Assembly: GCA_964035575.1 (NCBI GenBank)
Contig: OZ037844.1
Span: 744,001 to 808,000 of the forward strand
Direction: 5' to 3'
DNA: 64,000 nt
From: Rhynchopus sp. YZ270_cl-10
Lineage: Eukaryota
Every line of letters starts with the position of its first letter. Position 1 is the stretch's first letter. Below the pieces are notes generated by a model. That model made no database searches. It was given only the letters and a program-made list of their open reading frames with translations, and was not told the DNA's origin. Of the stretch, positions 9,588 to 22,595 are shown in pieces. The translations under genes and the position numbers were made by a program.

Positions 9588-12500
9588 GACTATTCCACCG
9601 TGTATGTGTGTGTGTCCACCACCCCCTCGTCCCCTTGCTCCCTCTCCTGTTTCTTTCGTTTGCATTACGTGCAGAGAGAGGGGGAAATTTTTTTTTAACT
9701 TGAAGTACAAAACTTTCTCGTGACAGTGTACCGTGGTACATGACCGGTGCAGTGTGTGGACCCTCCCCTAACCATGCAGTCCTACACCCATTTTCCGTGG
9801 TTTACCACCATGGTGCCACATCCTCCTTTGGGACGCAGGCACTGATGCACCGTGGGGGTTAACGAAACCCCCACGAGAGGGGAAAAAAAAAAGCCATGTT
9901 CTGCGGGAGCGGGAAAAAAAAACCCCCTGCATAGCGGGAGGAGAAGGGGTGGGCTGGGGGAAGAACAAAAAAGAGGGGTATAAAAGGTTTTGGTTTGGAA
10001 AAGAAAAATAAAGAGTTTTTTTTTCATTGAAAGGGTCCTCGCCTTTGGAGAATCTGAATAGCGTAACCATGCCTGATCTTGTTGCGTTGTGTTGTTGTTT
10101 ATTTTAATTTGATGCAATAATACATGAAAATATATAAAGCAAAAAATGGAAAAAGCGGTTTAAAAAAAAGACTATTTTGTAAATGGAAAAAATACTGGGG
10201 AAAAGGGTAGAAAAAAATTGATATTAATTTATACAAATTACTTTACAATGGATAATACAAACGCAGAGATTGCTAGCAGGAATCCGTATTTTCTTTTTCT
10301 TTTTTTCGGCCAAGGACTCACCCCAAGACACACTTTGTGGTGCGCGCTTTGGGGTTAAAGAAGAGGTTTTAAGCAAAATGGATATCAACCTGTCAAAGGG
10401 TAAAAAATCAACCATGACTTGTTTTGCTTTTTTGTTTTGTTTTGTTTTTTTGTTTTGTTGCTTTTTCGTTGGATGAGGTGGGGGGATCCGATCCTGGTGG
10501 GGGAGGGGGGGGAACATAATAATATAAAAAAAGAAGAAAAAAAGTTGATACCGTAGGATGAATCTGAGCCTAAGTAGGAGCCAGTGAACATTTTAAAAAA
10601 AATATAATAATTTACATAAATAGGTGGGAACTGGTACTCCCTCCCAAAAACCAAAAACTCACTTTTCAGAGTAAAAAATGTGAGTGGGTAATTATTAAGT
10701 ATTGAGGTAGATAAACGGGGCAGAAAAGAGTAGTTGAAAACGTGCTAAAAAAAAAACATCAATAAAATGCAATAAAAAAATGCAAACGTTCCCAACCCAA
10801 TCAAACCAACGGAGTTATAGCAGAAAATGAAAAATCAGTTTAAAAAAAATTGGTCGCATATTTTACTCTTCATTTTATGTCTTTTTTTGTGCGGTTTACA
10901 CTCAGAACAAAGCGCTACATTGAAAACCCGCGGGGAGGGTGATGATGACTTTGTTGAAAAGAAAACCATAAACCAGAAAAATGTGAATGTGCTTCTCGTG
11001 CACACACATATAAAAAAAAAAACAAGGGTGGGTAAGAGAGAGAGAAAACATTGGTTGGGATCGGGGGAAAAAGAAAAAGGGAAAAAAAAAAGAAAAGAAA
11101 AAAAAAAAAAAGACAATTTTTGAAAGATGAATTGCGATGTTCCACTTTCGTGGGTTTTTGCTACACGTTGCCACAGTATTGAAAAAAAAAAAAAAAGGTA
11201 AAAAATAAAACATGACAAAAATCTCTGTTCCACATTTGAACTTTGCTACTTTCGACGATTTTTTTTTTTTTTTTTTTTAAAATTTTGTGGGCATTGACCG
11301 TTTCACATTTTCTTGTCAGAAACCTCGTTGAGTCTACCGTTGAAGAGACACAACGCTGGTTTTTTTTAGAAAAATAACATTTGCGGGGTGAGTGATACCT
11401 CGAGACTCTGCTCCCACAAAACAATTTGTTTCCTTTTTATTATTCCATTTTCCTTAGGGGAATGACTGAAAAATTTAGCAAATTTCCAGTTTTTTTTACC
11501 TTTTGTGGTGCTCCGAGGGGTCGATATTGACAGGTCGCTGACACAGGGACTTTATACACACCCTCCCTGATATTGACAGGGTCACCGACAGGTCGTTGAC
11601 CGACTTCCGAAATCACCATTTTGCACTTTTTTTGAAAGCAAACACACCTTCACATTCCCCGTTCCCCATCGGCATTCATTTGATAATGGTAAGGTATGAA
11701 TTATTGTAAAGTTCAAAAAAAAAATTCAAAAAAAATAGTGGGTAGGAAAGAGACTTCGCATGTACCTGTTGGACATATGACTGGTCTCCCCTCCCTTCCA
11801 TTTTTTTGTTTTGTTGTTGTTGTTTTTTTTTTTTTTCAAAAAAAAAGAGAAAATCTGATACAGTCAGGCGATACCTAAGTCTCCCATGCTTAGTCACCTA
11901 ACCACAATAAGAGAGAAAAAAAAAAAAATGAAAGAAGTAAGACATTTGGTCAGACGCAATTTCCCTTAAATATCCCGCTTATTCGTTATCTTCAAAAGAA
12001 AAATTGTATAAAAAGAAAAACCAGAATATGGTGCGCCGAGTGAGCGACATGGTTTCACTCGGGCATTTGGTGGCGCGTGAGGGAAAGGGGGTTTGCAGAA
12101 AATTTGAAAATAAATTGGCTTTGCCGTTTTTGTTGCTTTTTTTTTTTGAAAACCTTTTTTACCATTCCTTTTTAGGGGAACGGAGCATGGCACGGTCCTG
12201 GAAGCTCCAAGAAAAATGGAGTCGGCGGGCTAAAAAGGAAGTTACCTTCCTAAATGTGCACACAACTGGCTGTAAGGGGAGGTGTCGTCACTCACCTATA
12301 TCATTGAAATAACATTGCTAACCAATGGTACACTCCAATATTGTTGCCCCGTGTTTTTTTTTTTTAGATCCATGACCAAGAAATGTGTGAGGGAAAGCGG
12401 GTGTGATCAGATAAAGAAAAAGGCTATAAGATAAACCTAAGCCTGAGCTTGGTCACCTAATTGTTTGTTTGTTTTTATTTTTTTGTCACAACATCTCAGA

Positions 12501-14506
12501 CACCTGCAGTTTTTTTTTCTTCTCCTGCAGGACATCTACAATTGTAGAAAAATAAAAAGGGAAGAGGGGAGGTGGGCTTCATTTCACTTAAAATATTCTT
12601 TCCAACAACAATGATACTACTTCTTACCTTTTTTTTGCATTTTTTTTTTTTTTTTGCATTTTTTTTTCCTTTTTCCGTTTTTCTCATTCCCTTTGCTTTT
12701 TTTTGTTTCCCCTGCTAGATCCCAGCCCTTTTTCTTCAATGAATGAGTATCGATTTTTCGTTAGCTTGGCTATATTCTCTGATACTCCTCAGGTTCGTGC
12801 ATTGCGGGTGTATGTAATAACGTTTGTTTTTTTTTTTTTTGAAAACTTAAAATTTTTTTTTCCTGTTTTTCACAACCCCTTTTTGTAGTGCAATGACCGT
12901 TGCTGGCAAAAACACTACCTTACGTAAAAATTTCCCCCCCCGGTTCTGTTCTCAATGTAATCCGCAAGGTATAGACGTGAACCCCCCCCCCATTTTTTTG
13001 GTGTCATCACCGACAGTCAGAAACAAAATCATGGGTGTAAAGAGGGGGACTTCATTTTCTTTTTTTTCTTTTTTTTTTTTCTTTCTTCAGAATTTGTTTT
13101 TTGAGGTGTGGTGGGAAGGGATGGATAGGGCGGGATGCAATATTGTTTTTTTTTTTTTTTTTTGTTTGTTTGTTTGATAAATTGTTGAATAAGTGTCGTT
13201 GCCTCGGTTGTGTTGCCACAGTTTTGTGCAAATCTCCACTTTTTTTGTGTTCAAAAAAGCCACTCAGAAAAGAGCGTATTTCTTATGTAGTTTTTTTGCA
13301 GGGGGTCGAATGGGGGGTTTTATGAAGTTTGCTATTTTTTTTTTTTGCTTTTTGCTTTTTGCGTTTTTTTTTTTGCTTTTGTTTTTTGTTTTTTGTTGGG
13401 ATGAAGGGAAGGGGATATCCATGACCGTGCGAGGAGGAGAGGGGAGGGTGTGTGAAAAAAAAGGGGGGGGACTTCGGGAGGGTAATGAAAGAGCAAAAAA
13501 AAAAAAAAAGGGGGGGAGGCGCGATTTGCGCAATTTGTTCGTCGTAGCGGGGGGGGTGTTTCCAGGGCAACAAAAAAAAAAATAAAAAGTTTATAAGATG
13601 AACCTAAGCCTCTCATGCTCAGCCAACCTTTCAAAAAAAAAAAAAAAAAAAAAAAAAAAAGATAAATTTTGGAGCGCACTACAAATAAATAAAACGCTGA
13701 TCATTCAGAACTTTTGTGTAAAAAAAAAAAGGAAGCTTTTTGTCCCCTTGAAATCGAGGAGAGATTGGGGGAGGGGAGAGGGGAAGACAATACACGCACA
13801 GAAAAACTGTTTGTTCGAACGGGGCAACGGGGGGAGAGGAGGAGGAGGGGATTTTGCGTAATAATTTCTTGGGGGTAAATCCGGGAACCCGTTTTTTACC
13901 GCAAAAACGTGTTCCTGGATTACCCCATTTTTGTTTTTTTTTTTTTGTTTTTGATTTTTACGAAAACCCCTTTTTGATCGCATCATAGCGAAAGGTAGGT
14001 GGTGGCTCTACTCACCATGATTCGCTTGGGGAGATTGGGGGGGGACGGAGGAATAGGAGCAAGCATCATATTGTTCCCTAGATCACGTTTTTTTTTTTTT
14101 TACTTTTTTGAAAAACTTGGTATTAGTGTAGACACCCGAGGATGAACTCCACTTTTTTTTCACCGGCCTGATCCACGGGGAGGTTTTGTCCCCCCCGAAA
14201 TCAGATCACGATCACGGTTTTAGGCTTGAAAGAGGAGGGTTCGAAAAGAAAAAGAAAAATAGAGAGAAATCAACAAGAGTAGGATTCAATGTGTTCAGAC
14301 CACCATAAGGCACCTGAAGGCATTGGAATAGTGTTGTCACCACCTTGTGCAAAACTCTGCTTGTAATTAGTGCAAATTAGTGAGCTTTACAACCTGGAAA
14401 TTAGTGGGCTTTACAACACCTTTCTTGGGGGAAATTGCATTTATTTATTTATTTTGAAAACTTGGTTGTATTAGTGTAGCCACCCTAGAGTGTGCTCCAC
14501 TAACTT

Positions 14507-15585
14507 TTTTCAACTTACCTTCCTTCACCCCCCTGTAAGGGTAACCGTAGGTGAAGTAAGGTATAGTATTGAAATCGATGTGGGGGGGGAGTAAAGGGTC
14601 AATTTTACAAAACCAGATTTTGAGGAAAATTTTAGCCAAAAATGGGCCCCACGTATAAGGAACCGGGCTCATATTTCTCAAAATTTAAGTGATCAAAAAA
14701 TTGTCCAATTTTCGAGATTGACCCCACCACTGCACGGGCGGAGCCCAAAAATGCAAATAAGGACCCTTTTCAACTTACCTTCCTTCACCCCCCTGTAAGG
14801 GTAACCGTAGGTGAAGTAAGGTATAGTATTGAAATCGATGTGGGGGGGGAGTAAAGGGTCAATTTTACAAAACCAGATTTTGAGGAAAATTTTAGCCAAA
14901 AATGGGCCCCACGTATAAGGAACCGGGCTCATATTTCTCAAAATTTAAGTGATCAAAAAATTGTCCAATTTTCGAGATTGACCCCACCACTGCACGGGCG
15001 GAGCCCAAAAATGCAAATAAGGACCCTTTTTAATTTGTTCTCTTGAAATGTGTAATTTCATGTTTTCGCGAAAAAAATAACAACTGATCCTACAAGGGTT
15101 GAAGGAAGGTGGTTGAAAACAACAATAACAACAAGGACAAGTAATTGCTAAGGAAAAACGGGTGTGCTGTGGAAAACTCCGCGCGATTTTCGAAACCACC
15201 GTAGCATCCTGGCGATTTGCTGGAGGTGCTGATGCGCCTGGTGTGATCGATGTGTTGTAGTCTGTGCATTCTGTGTTCCTTCCGCACTGCTCCAACGACG
15301 ACGACAATGTGGGGAGCCTGTGGGCAAAAACGAGCTGGACCACGCCGAGCCTGCCGAGCGGGCGTCAAACAACGCTATCGAGCAGATGGTGCTGGACGAA
15401 GAGGACAGCCCCCCTTCTTGAACGTTTCAGATGCTGGCGTGCCAGTGGGTCTGGCAGCGTACGAAGAGCGTTAGCATACCTGCAGAAGAGCAGAATGCTG
15501 GGCGTGTTGTAGATTATTTCTACAGGATGGAGTTCCACACCACACCCCGTTTTTTTTCCGATAGCAATTACTTGTTTTTTTTTTT
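14507..15585. repeat. Copy 2 of the ~785-bp repeat, with a 260-bp tandem duplication of its left part
   Basis: CAACTTACCT recurs at 14511 and 14771 (offset 260). The remainder matches 8.8-9.3 kb with ~40 extra bases near 15345-15385. Confidence 0.85.
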
Positions 15586-16185
15586 GCAACAATCATGGCT
15601 ATTCCCCTCAGACGACTACTTGAATATAATATCACCCCACTACACTTTACAGCGATACACCTCTCGAGAGAAAGAAAGAAAAATAACTCACGTCAAAAAA
15701 GTGAGAGACCACTAATAGGCAGCTCATATCTGTCTTGTTTGAACCATCCAGGCTATTGGCAATACGGGGTATGGGGGAGGCACAAACAGGCATAAAAAAA
15801 AAAGGGCCAAAAAAACTGAATTTTTTGAAAAAAAACAAAAAATGTGATGGGATGGGATGGGTGGTGGTGAAGCTGACGAACAAAAAAAAAAGGGGGGAGG
15901 GGAAATATCCAGAAAAGCGGATCATGAATAGGTAAGCGCACACAATAAATGTCATTTTGAAAAAGGGTGCAAAAAATATCATCATCGAAAATACATTTTT
16001 GTTTTTTTTTTTGTTTTTTTTGAATGTATTTTGTAAGATGAGAGCGTCAGCTTTTTTGTGCTGAGTGTCATCTTTTAAAAAAAAAGAAACAGTGAACCCA
16101 CATAGTTGCGTAATCGTCAATACTGAAGGCAAAAAAAAAGCCTTTTAAAAGACAGAAAAAATTGGTAAAGCTGAGAAGTCTCACG

Positions 16186-16222
<37 letters not shown>

Positions 16223-16458
16223 TGAACAAATTGCTGAGCCTGACACATTTCAAAAAAAAAAAGAACGAAAAAAAACCCCTCAACAAAGAATAGGCGGATG
16301 GATAGCACAGTCATTCACGCAGAACACACAGCAAAAAAAACCCCCTCATTGTTTGCGAAGGGTAGGAAAGAGCTCAATTGGAGAGGGAAATACCCCATTT
16401 TTTTTGTTTGCTTTTTTATATTCTTTTTTTTCGAACAATTTTAGGAAAATCCCAAAAT

Positions 16459-16947
16459 TTATTCTTCGGTTTGAGCTGCTTGAGCGGCGGCTTCTTGGCG
16501 GTTCTTTTCGGCAGCTTGGGTGAGTGCGGACTTGGGATCGAACCCTTGCGACACGCGGGAGGATGAGGAGTACGGCATTCTGTTCTGCGGGGAGTTGTGC
16601 GGGGACAGCCCGATCTTCTCAAGGTGCGCGTCGAGCTCGGCCTCGGTCATGGCGTGGACGTAGCCCTCCTCGCCTTCCTCACCCTTGCGCTTCGCTGCTG
16701 CGGGCTCCTCTGTTTGCACATCCATCTGCTGATGGCAGGGCGACGAAATCTGCATCTGCCCTTGGTGGCATGGTGACGGAAGCTGCTGTGGGATCTGCTG
16801 CTGCTGCTGCTGTTGCTGCATCTGCATCTGTTGCTGGTGTGTCGGTGAGTTGATCTGCTGCTGCTGCTGCATCTCCATCTGCTGGACCTGCTGCTGATGG
16901 GTTGGCGAGTTAATGTGCACTGCCTCCATCTGTGGGTTCTGCACCAT

Positions 16948-16989
<42 letters not shown>

Positions 16990-19059
16990 CTGCACAGGGT
17001 ACCTCGGTGGTACGCCAGACCCGGGTGTGGCGGGGGGTGAGGAGATGTGCGGCTGCTGCTGCTGCTGCTGCTGTGCGAACTGTTGCTGGTTTGGTGTCTG
17101 CTGCTGGTTGGTCGCACGCTGCAGCTCGTTCGTGAGGAACATACGCATGGCAGCCTTGCCTCCAGGGCTCGGTGTGCCCGCACTGCTCCCCATGCTCTTC
17201 ACGCTCATCGGCGAAAACACACCAGGGGGAAGCCCCTGGATAGGGTACCCATTGTTTTGCTGTATAAAAATAGAGAATAGTTGTTGCCAGGAGTGCACAA
17301 CATACCTGGTCACCCGTAAAGAAGGAGTCGACCTTAGGGACGCCCGAGATCATGCACGGGCTGGTGAGCTTGCCTGCCTCCATAGCGAGCTGCTGGCGGT
17401 GGCGGTCCTGCACGCCCTGGTTCTCCATGGGCGAGAGGAGGTCCTGTGTAGGTAGCAGGTGGGGAGGCGGTCTTGCAAAGCGAGATGCAAAACCAGGCTG
17501 TTAGCTAATTCTGGAATTTTTCCAAAAATATTCCTACATCCGGAAGCAAAATTTCCCCCTGAAAAAACAGTGGGTTCTCAGCCCCAACATCATAGGAGAA
17601 CCCAAAACCCAAACCGGAAGCAGAAGTGAATTAGCCAACAGCCTGCTGAAAAAAAGGGGGGGAAACACACATACCGATGGGAGGTAGACCTGCGACTCCG
17701 AGAGCGACATGTTAGCGTTGCTGCCGTACATCGGGAGCCCTGCAGGGTTGGACTGCAGCGAGGGGGGTCCCATGCTTGGCGAGGGGAGGGCCATGGCCGC
17801 GGCACCTGCGTGGGTTGCGCTGTTGAGCGCACCGTTTGCCCCTGCTGCGGCCTGTCCAGACTCGCCAGCGGTGTCGGCATTGGTGTCGATGGCGAGGGGC
17901 GCGAAGCTACGCTTGATGAACGGCTGCCTTGTCTGGCGTGCCGACGTCTCTGCCTCGGGCGACGCATTCGCAGATGTGGCTGCAGGCGGGACAGGCACAG
18001 AGGGCACCACCGGAGGCCTTGTGTTGTTGGTGGGCGAGACAAGCTGCTTCACCGCCTGCCCGTTGATCTGGATAGGGATCTGCACACCGCCCTTCGGCGA
18101 CACCACGCGGCCACGCTCACCCAGCGTGTCCGTCGACAGCAGTGAAGGCACACCCACACTCTGTGAGCTGTTGCGCCTCTGCATGCCTGCATGCGGGCTC
18201 ACAGCGTCGCCCTGTGGGTACGCCTGTGCCTGCCCCTGTGCCTGCTGGCCCTGCGCAAGGTGCGGTGATGCAGTCTGCGGGAACGTGGCTGCAGAGGACT
18301 GGCTCTGGCCCATCGCCTTCGCCTCCTCTTCCTCCTCCTCTGTCTGTGCCTTCACCCACGTCTCTTGGGGTACGCCCTGTGGTGTGGTGTGGTGGTGGAT
18401 CCAAATGTCTTACCGAGGGTAAGTGAATAAAAAGGAGTTGAAACATACCCGCAGAACAGAGTCCCCGAACTGCTCAAAGCGCTCCAGCAGGTTTGACTTT
18501 CTCTTGTGAACGTGCACCATGACGCAAGCTTCGCCTCTGAGGGTGTAGGGTGTGAGGGTGAGATGACAAAGGTTGGCCTATATTGTACATACTTTTCGCA
18601 GTGTCCTGAGAGGAAGGGGCTGCAGCGGGGGACGCGGGCCGAGGGAAGCTTCCACTTGGACTGGCAGACCCTGCAGCGGAGGATCTTAGCACCCTTGCGT
18701 GTGCGCACGTCGTCCCAGTCGTTGTGTGTGCAGGGGCGTGTCATCTCTGCAGGCGGTGCGTGGCGGAAGGCAACACGTCCTGCCTTGTCGTCGTCGTCGT
18801 CGTCATCGTCGTCACTCTTGCGGACGGAGCTGTTCAGGTGCATGCTGTTGTTCAGTCCTGCCTGTGGGACCTGCTGCATGTGTTGTGCGTTCTGGTTTGG
18901 CACAAATGCGAACGGTGCCTGGCCCATCATTTGCTGCTGCTGGAGTTGCTGCTGTTTCTGTTGCTGCTGCTGCTGGAGCTGCTGCTGTTGAAGCTGCTGC
19001 TGTTGGAGTTGCTGTTGCTGAAGCTGCTGCTGGAGCTGCTGCTGCTGCTGAAGGTTCCC

Positions 19060-19092
<33 letters not shown>

Positions 19093-19284
19093 CATCATCA
19101 GATTCTGCTGCTGTGCGAACCCTCCTTGCTGCAGTTGCTGTTGCTGCTGCGGCTGCTGCTGCTGCTGCATGATCGGGGCTGCCTGCGGCATCATCATCCC
19201 CATCATGTTGGGTCCCATCCCCATCCCATTCATCGGGTGCATGCCCTGCGCACCCATCACCGGACCCATTCCGTTTGCCTGCAT
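16459..19284 (-). CDS. Glutamine-rich low-complexity protein with Cys/His motif and CCCH zinc finger (5 exons)
   Basis: Predicted GT-AG introns 18537-18592, 18377-18448, 17444-17674 and 17260-17305 join the ORFs in frame. Splicing the first builds C-SPFLSGH-C-EKGEA-C-VMV-H (Cx7Cx5Cx3H), preceded by CTHNDWDDVRTRKGAKILRCRVC. Long CAG/CAA tracts. Confidence 0.8.
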
Positions 19285-20072
19285 CTTGCCTTGGCTCTCG
19301 AGTCGCTACCGAATGCGGGGAAACTCAAGGCAACCTTACGCTACTGCCGTTCACGCGCCGCTAAAAGCTTGGAAAGGGGTTTTTGTGTACGGGGATGGGG
19401 AGAGGGGAGAGGGTAAAAGGCGGCTCTACAGGGCGTTCAGCGAGTCGTCCACGGCACACAGTGTGTATGTCTGCTGAGGGAAAGGTGAGGGGGTGGGCGA
19501 GATTGGTGTACAATGAAACATCACGTCGGGAGAGAAAGTGTTCGAGAAATTCTCAGAATGTAGGTTTTATTATAGAATAATTGAATTGCTAACGTGCAGA
19601 CACCTCACTTCTTTTCTCTCGTGTGAGCTCCACGCAACCTTTCGCCTATCTCTCGTTTCGTGGATAACGTTACTACGTCCTACTCCCGCCTCCACTCGTC
19701 AGGGTAGCGAAGGAGGATCATTGAACACCCAGGGTGATTTTACCCGGTCGATAGGTTTGGGCCATTTACCCCTGCGTCAAGACTATCAGAGGAGAGAGCA
19801 CAGGAACCGTATTCCATAAAACACGTGAACGTTTCCTTTTTCGTTGTATCGCTTTCCTTAGAGGCACTCTCTTGTGTATTTTAAAAAAACCCTCCCCATC
19901 CTCCCCATCTCCCCCACCACCCTGTTTTATACAGTTTTTCTACAGTCCTTAGTCCCCCCCTTTTTTGCATCCCCTCCCCTCCCCGAGCCCCTTTGTACTC
20001 AGGTAGCTACGTAGCCTTCGGGAGGCAATCGTGCGCTAATACAGAAAGTATCAGTCCCCCCCCTTTTTTTCA

Positions 20073-22595
20073 CTACATTTTAACAATCGCCTTTTGGACT
20101 GTCTCCTCTACAGTCTCCTTATCTAAGATCAGCACCGAATCTGTGGGGGTACGTTGCACAGTGTTTTCAAAGGTCTCATGGCGCAGGCTTTTGAGGAGCA
20201 CACCGGGGGTTTGCGTGCTGTGGACGCTGTTGTCTGTGAGACCTAGCTCTTTGTAGTCTGACAGACGCGCTTCGATGTAACCGAGGTCCACTTGAATCTG
20301 ACGGAGCGAAGCGACGGAGAACACAGAACTGCGTACCGTTTCTAGCATGGTACGCATGACATGCAATACTGTACACGAGAAAATGTCGTTAGGCGTCGGA
20401 GACGCTACACTCAGCGCATACACTGGGGTTGTCGCAAAGGCGTCCGCACCCCCTCCGTTTCCCCCAGAGAAAGCAGCAGAGAATCGGTCAGATCTGCTGT
20501 TCTGGTACGACCCTCGTGACCCCTGGCTCTGCGCATCTCCACCCCTCACGCTACCATGAAACCCCGAAAGCAACCCTTTCTCACCCTCCACCCCCTTCAC
20601 CGCTGTGTTCGCAAAGCTCAACCCCAGCCTCAACTCCTTTCGGAACCCTTCTACTTCATTCATGAATTGCACCATGCACTCTGAAATGTCGGGGATATCA
20701 GAGGTCAATGTGGTTAAATAAGCGAAGTATGGGTTTATGTGTTTTCTGGTCAAAATTTTTGTAGAAAATAGAGATACTGCGACCATGCAGGTAGACCGGG
20801 TTGCTTCGAGAATAGCTTTGAGGTCTCCGAGCAGGACGTTGTAGATTTGATCGCGTTTGTAGTTTTGAAGGAATGTTGTGTCCAACCCTGCAAACAGAAG
20901 CAACACTTTCACATCGTCCACTTTACAAAAGAGATCTGTCGTAATCGGCAATGCGGTCGCTTCGGATCCTGCTGGGAAGACTGTTTTCATGTGGTCACAT
21001 ATTTCTGTACCCACCGTTAACATCACCGCAGAAAGCACCAAATGAGAGCAATGCCCCCTGGGAAGCATCAACAGAACGTATGAGAAGGCGCCCCGCACCC
21101 CTGACACATCGTTTGGGAATGGAACGTCCTCGTCTTCCACGATCTCTACAGGGGTCGTGGGGGAGGCAAACGAGGAGCTTTCTTGGCCAAAGGGGGGGTC
21201 TTTGATAGGAAAGAATGCGATCTCCATTCCATAGCCGATCCCATCGGACATCAGTTGCGATTGTAAGACGCGGAGCGAGGAGATCGCTTCGCGGAGAGAG
21301 GATGCGACCGCTTCGCGTGCTTCGTTGGCGATGGTGATCCCGGTGGTGCTTAAGGCGAGGACAACGTTGTGGAGCGCCCAGGCTGTTCTTACCTCGATTC
21401 TCGCAGAGATCCGCCGCCAGCAGGAGCTGACGGAATCGTACAACTGTGCGATGAGTTCTTTATGTTTGACCGATCGTGCGTCGCACAGTGTTTTGCTGTC
21501 TTCAGCTATCCCCGCGAATTTTCGCGTTTCTGCGTCGTAAGCAGTGTCCACCGCAACAAATGTATCGACACAAGATGCAGCATGGGTAACCAACTTCCGC
21601 AAAAACACCTTCGCATTCGAGATAAACTCCCCAACCGAAGCAAAGGTTTCCGTATCATATACGTTCTGCGGTGCTTCAAAGGAACGTTTCGTCTTCACGC
21701 CAAGAGAGGCGCACACTAACTGACAGGCTTCGACTAAGAAGGCTTCGTACACGATGCGCTTCACAGCGTGTGCAGGGTGGCCATCAAGCTCGTCTGTGTC
21801 GCCCAGCGTTATAAGACGATCTGCGTGTAATGTGACAAGGTGGCCAGCTACTTCAGAGAGAGTGTCGTGGCTTTGGTCCGCAACTCCGGTGAAATCGCGT
21901 TTTTGTATCTCCGAAAGTCGTTGCTTCAGACCAGCAGATGCAGAGGAGACTACAGGGAGGCATTGGGACTGTACATTCGCAAAGGATTTGACATGAGTGT
22001 TGCGTGTAAGAATCGCCCTCCCGGCACTCCAATAGCGTGCCACCGCAGTCAGCTTGCCCTCCTTCAACGCTGCAGCAAGACGGTCCGGGAGCTGAACCAG
22101 AAAGTCGATTTTTTTGAGCGAAGAGTCGACAGTCACCAATTTCAGCATGGCCTCTCTGCTCGGACGAAGTCGAGCCTGGACGTCGGTATGGGTGTCGACG
22201 ATGTTGGTGATATTCGCTTTGAGAGCATCCATTTTAGCGGCCATATCGTTTACGCTGGTTCGCATGCCGCTGATGAGTTGTGTCGCGTTGATGAAGTTGT
22301 TGTAGTTTCCGTAGACAAGCATTTGCAGTTCTTCGTCTAGCTCTACCACCTCGCGCGCCACAGCTGCGTCTTGACTGAGAAGGTCCTGAAGCTTCCCCTT
22401 ACGCAACATGCCCTGGACATATCCGTCCACATCGAAACCTTGGGAGTCCAAAGGGTTGCTAGGCGTGGTGGTGGTGGTGGTGATAGTGGAAGCAGGCTCC
22501 TCCTGTGCCGACCCTGAGGAAGGTGTCGCGGCAAGTCCATAATACGCCTTCAGTTTGTTCCTCCTAGCAGATGCTGCGGCGCTCGGGTCGGACAT
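20073..22595 (-). CDS. VPS51: Vps51/Ang2 subunit of the GARP/EARP tethering complex
   Basis: 840-aa intronless ORF. N-terminal RRNKLKAYYGL, LDSQGFDVDGYV and LQMLVYGNYNNFINAT, and C-terminal LETVRSSVFS..LRQIQVD, are typical of Vps51. Confidence 0.85.
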   Translation of the reverse strand: MSDPSAAASARRNKLKAYYGLAATPSSGSAQEEPASTITTTTTTPSNPLDSQGFDVDGYVQGMLRKGKLQDLLSQDAAVAREVVELDEELQMLVYGNYNNFINATQLISGMRTSVNDMAAKMDALKANITNIVDTHTDVQARLRPSREAMLKLVTVDSSLKKIDFLVQLPDRLAAALKEGKLTAVARYWSAGRAILTRNTHVKSFANVQSQCLPVVSSASAGLKQRLSEIQKRDFTGVADQSHDTLSEVAGHLVTLHADRLITLGDTDELDGHPAHAVKRIVYEAFLVEACQLVCASLGVKTKRSFEAPQNVYDTETFASVGEFISNAKVFLRKLVTHAASCVDTFVAVDTAYDAETRKFAGIAEDSKTLCDARSVKHKELIAQLYDSVSSCWRRISARIEVRTAWALHNVVLALSTTGITIANEAREAVASSLREAISSLRVLQSQLMSDGIGYGMEIAFFPIKDPPFGQESSSFASPTTPVEIVEDEDVPFPNDVSGVRGAFSYVLLMLPRGHCSHLVLSAVMLTVGTEICDHMKTVFPAGSEATALPITTDLFCKVDDVKVLLLFAGLDTTFLQNYKRDQIYNVLLGDLKAILEATRSTCMVAVSLFSTKILTRKHINPYFAYLTTLTSDIPDISECMVQFMNEVEGFRKELRLGLSFANTAVKGVEGEKGLLSGFHGSVRGGDAQSQGSRGSYQNSRSDRFSAAFSGGNGGGADAFATTPVYALSVASPTPNDIFSCTVLHVMRTMLETVRSSVFSVASLRQIQVDLGYIEARLSDYKELGLTDNSVHSTQTPGVLLKSLRHETFENTVQRTPTDSVLILDKETVEETVQKAIVKM

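Noticed and set aside
10805..10812. AACCAACG resembling the start of a diplonemid spliced leader
   Set aside because: The rest of the leader and its donor site are absent.
6500..16400. Many short F/K-rich ORFs
   Set aside because: Products of poly-A/T tracts in a non-coding spacer.
19700..19725. GCGAAGGAGGATCATT resembling the SSU rRNA 3' end
   Set aside because: Short match only; no flanking rRNA sequence.
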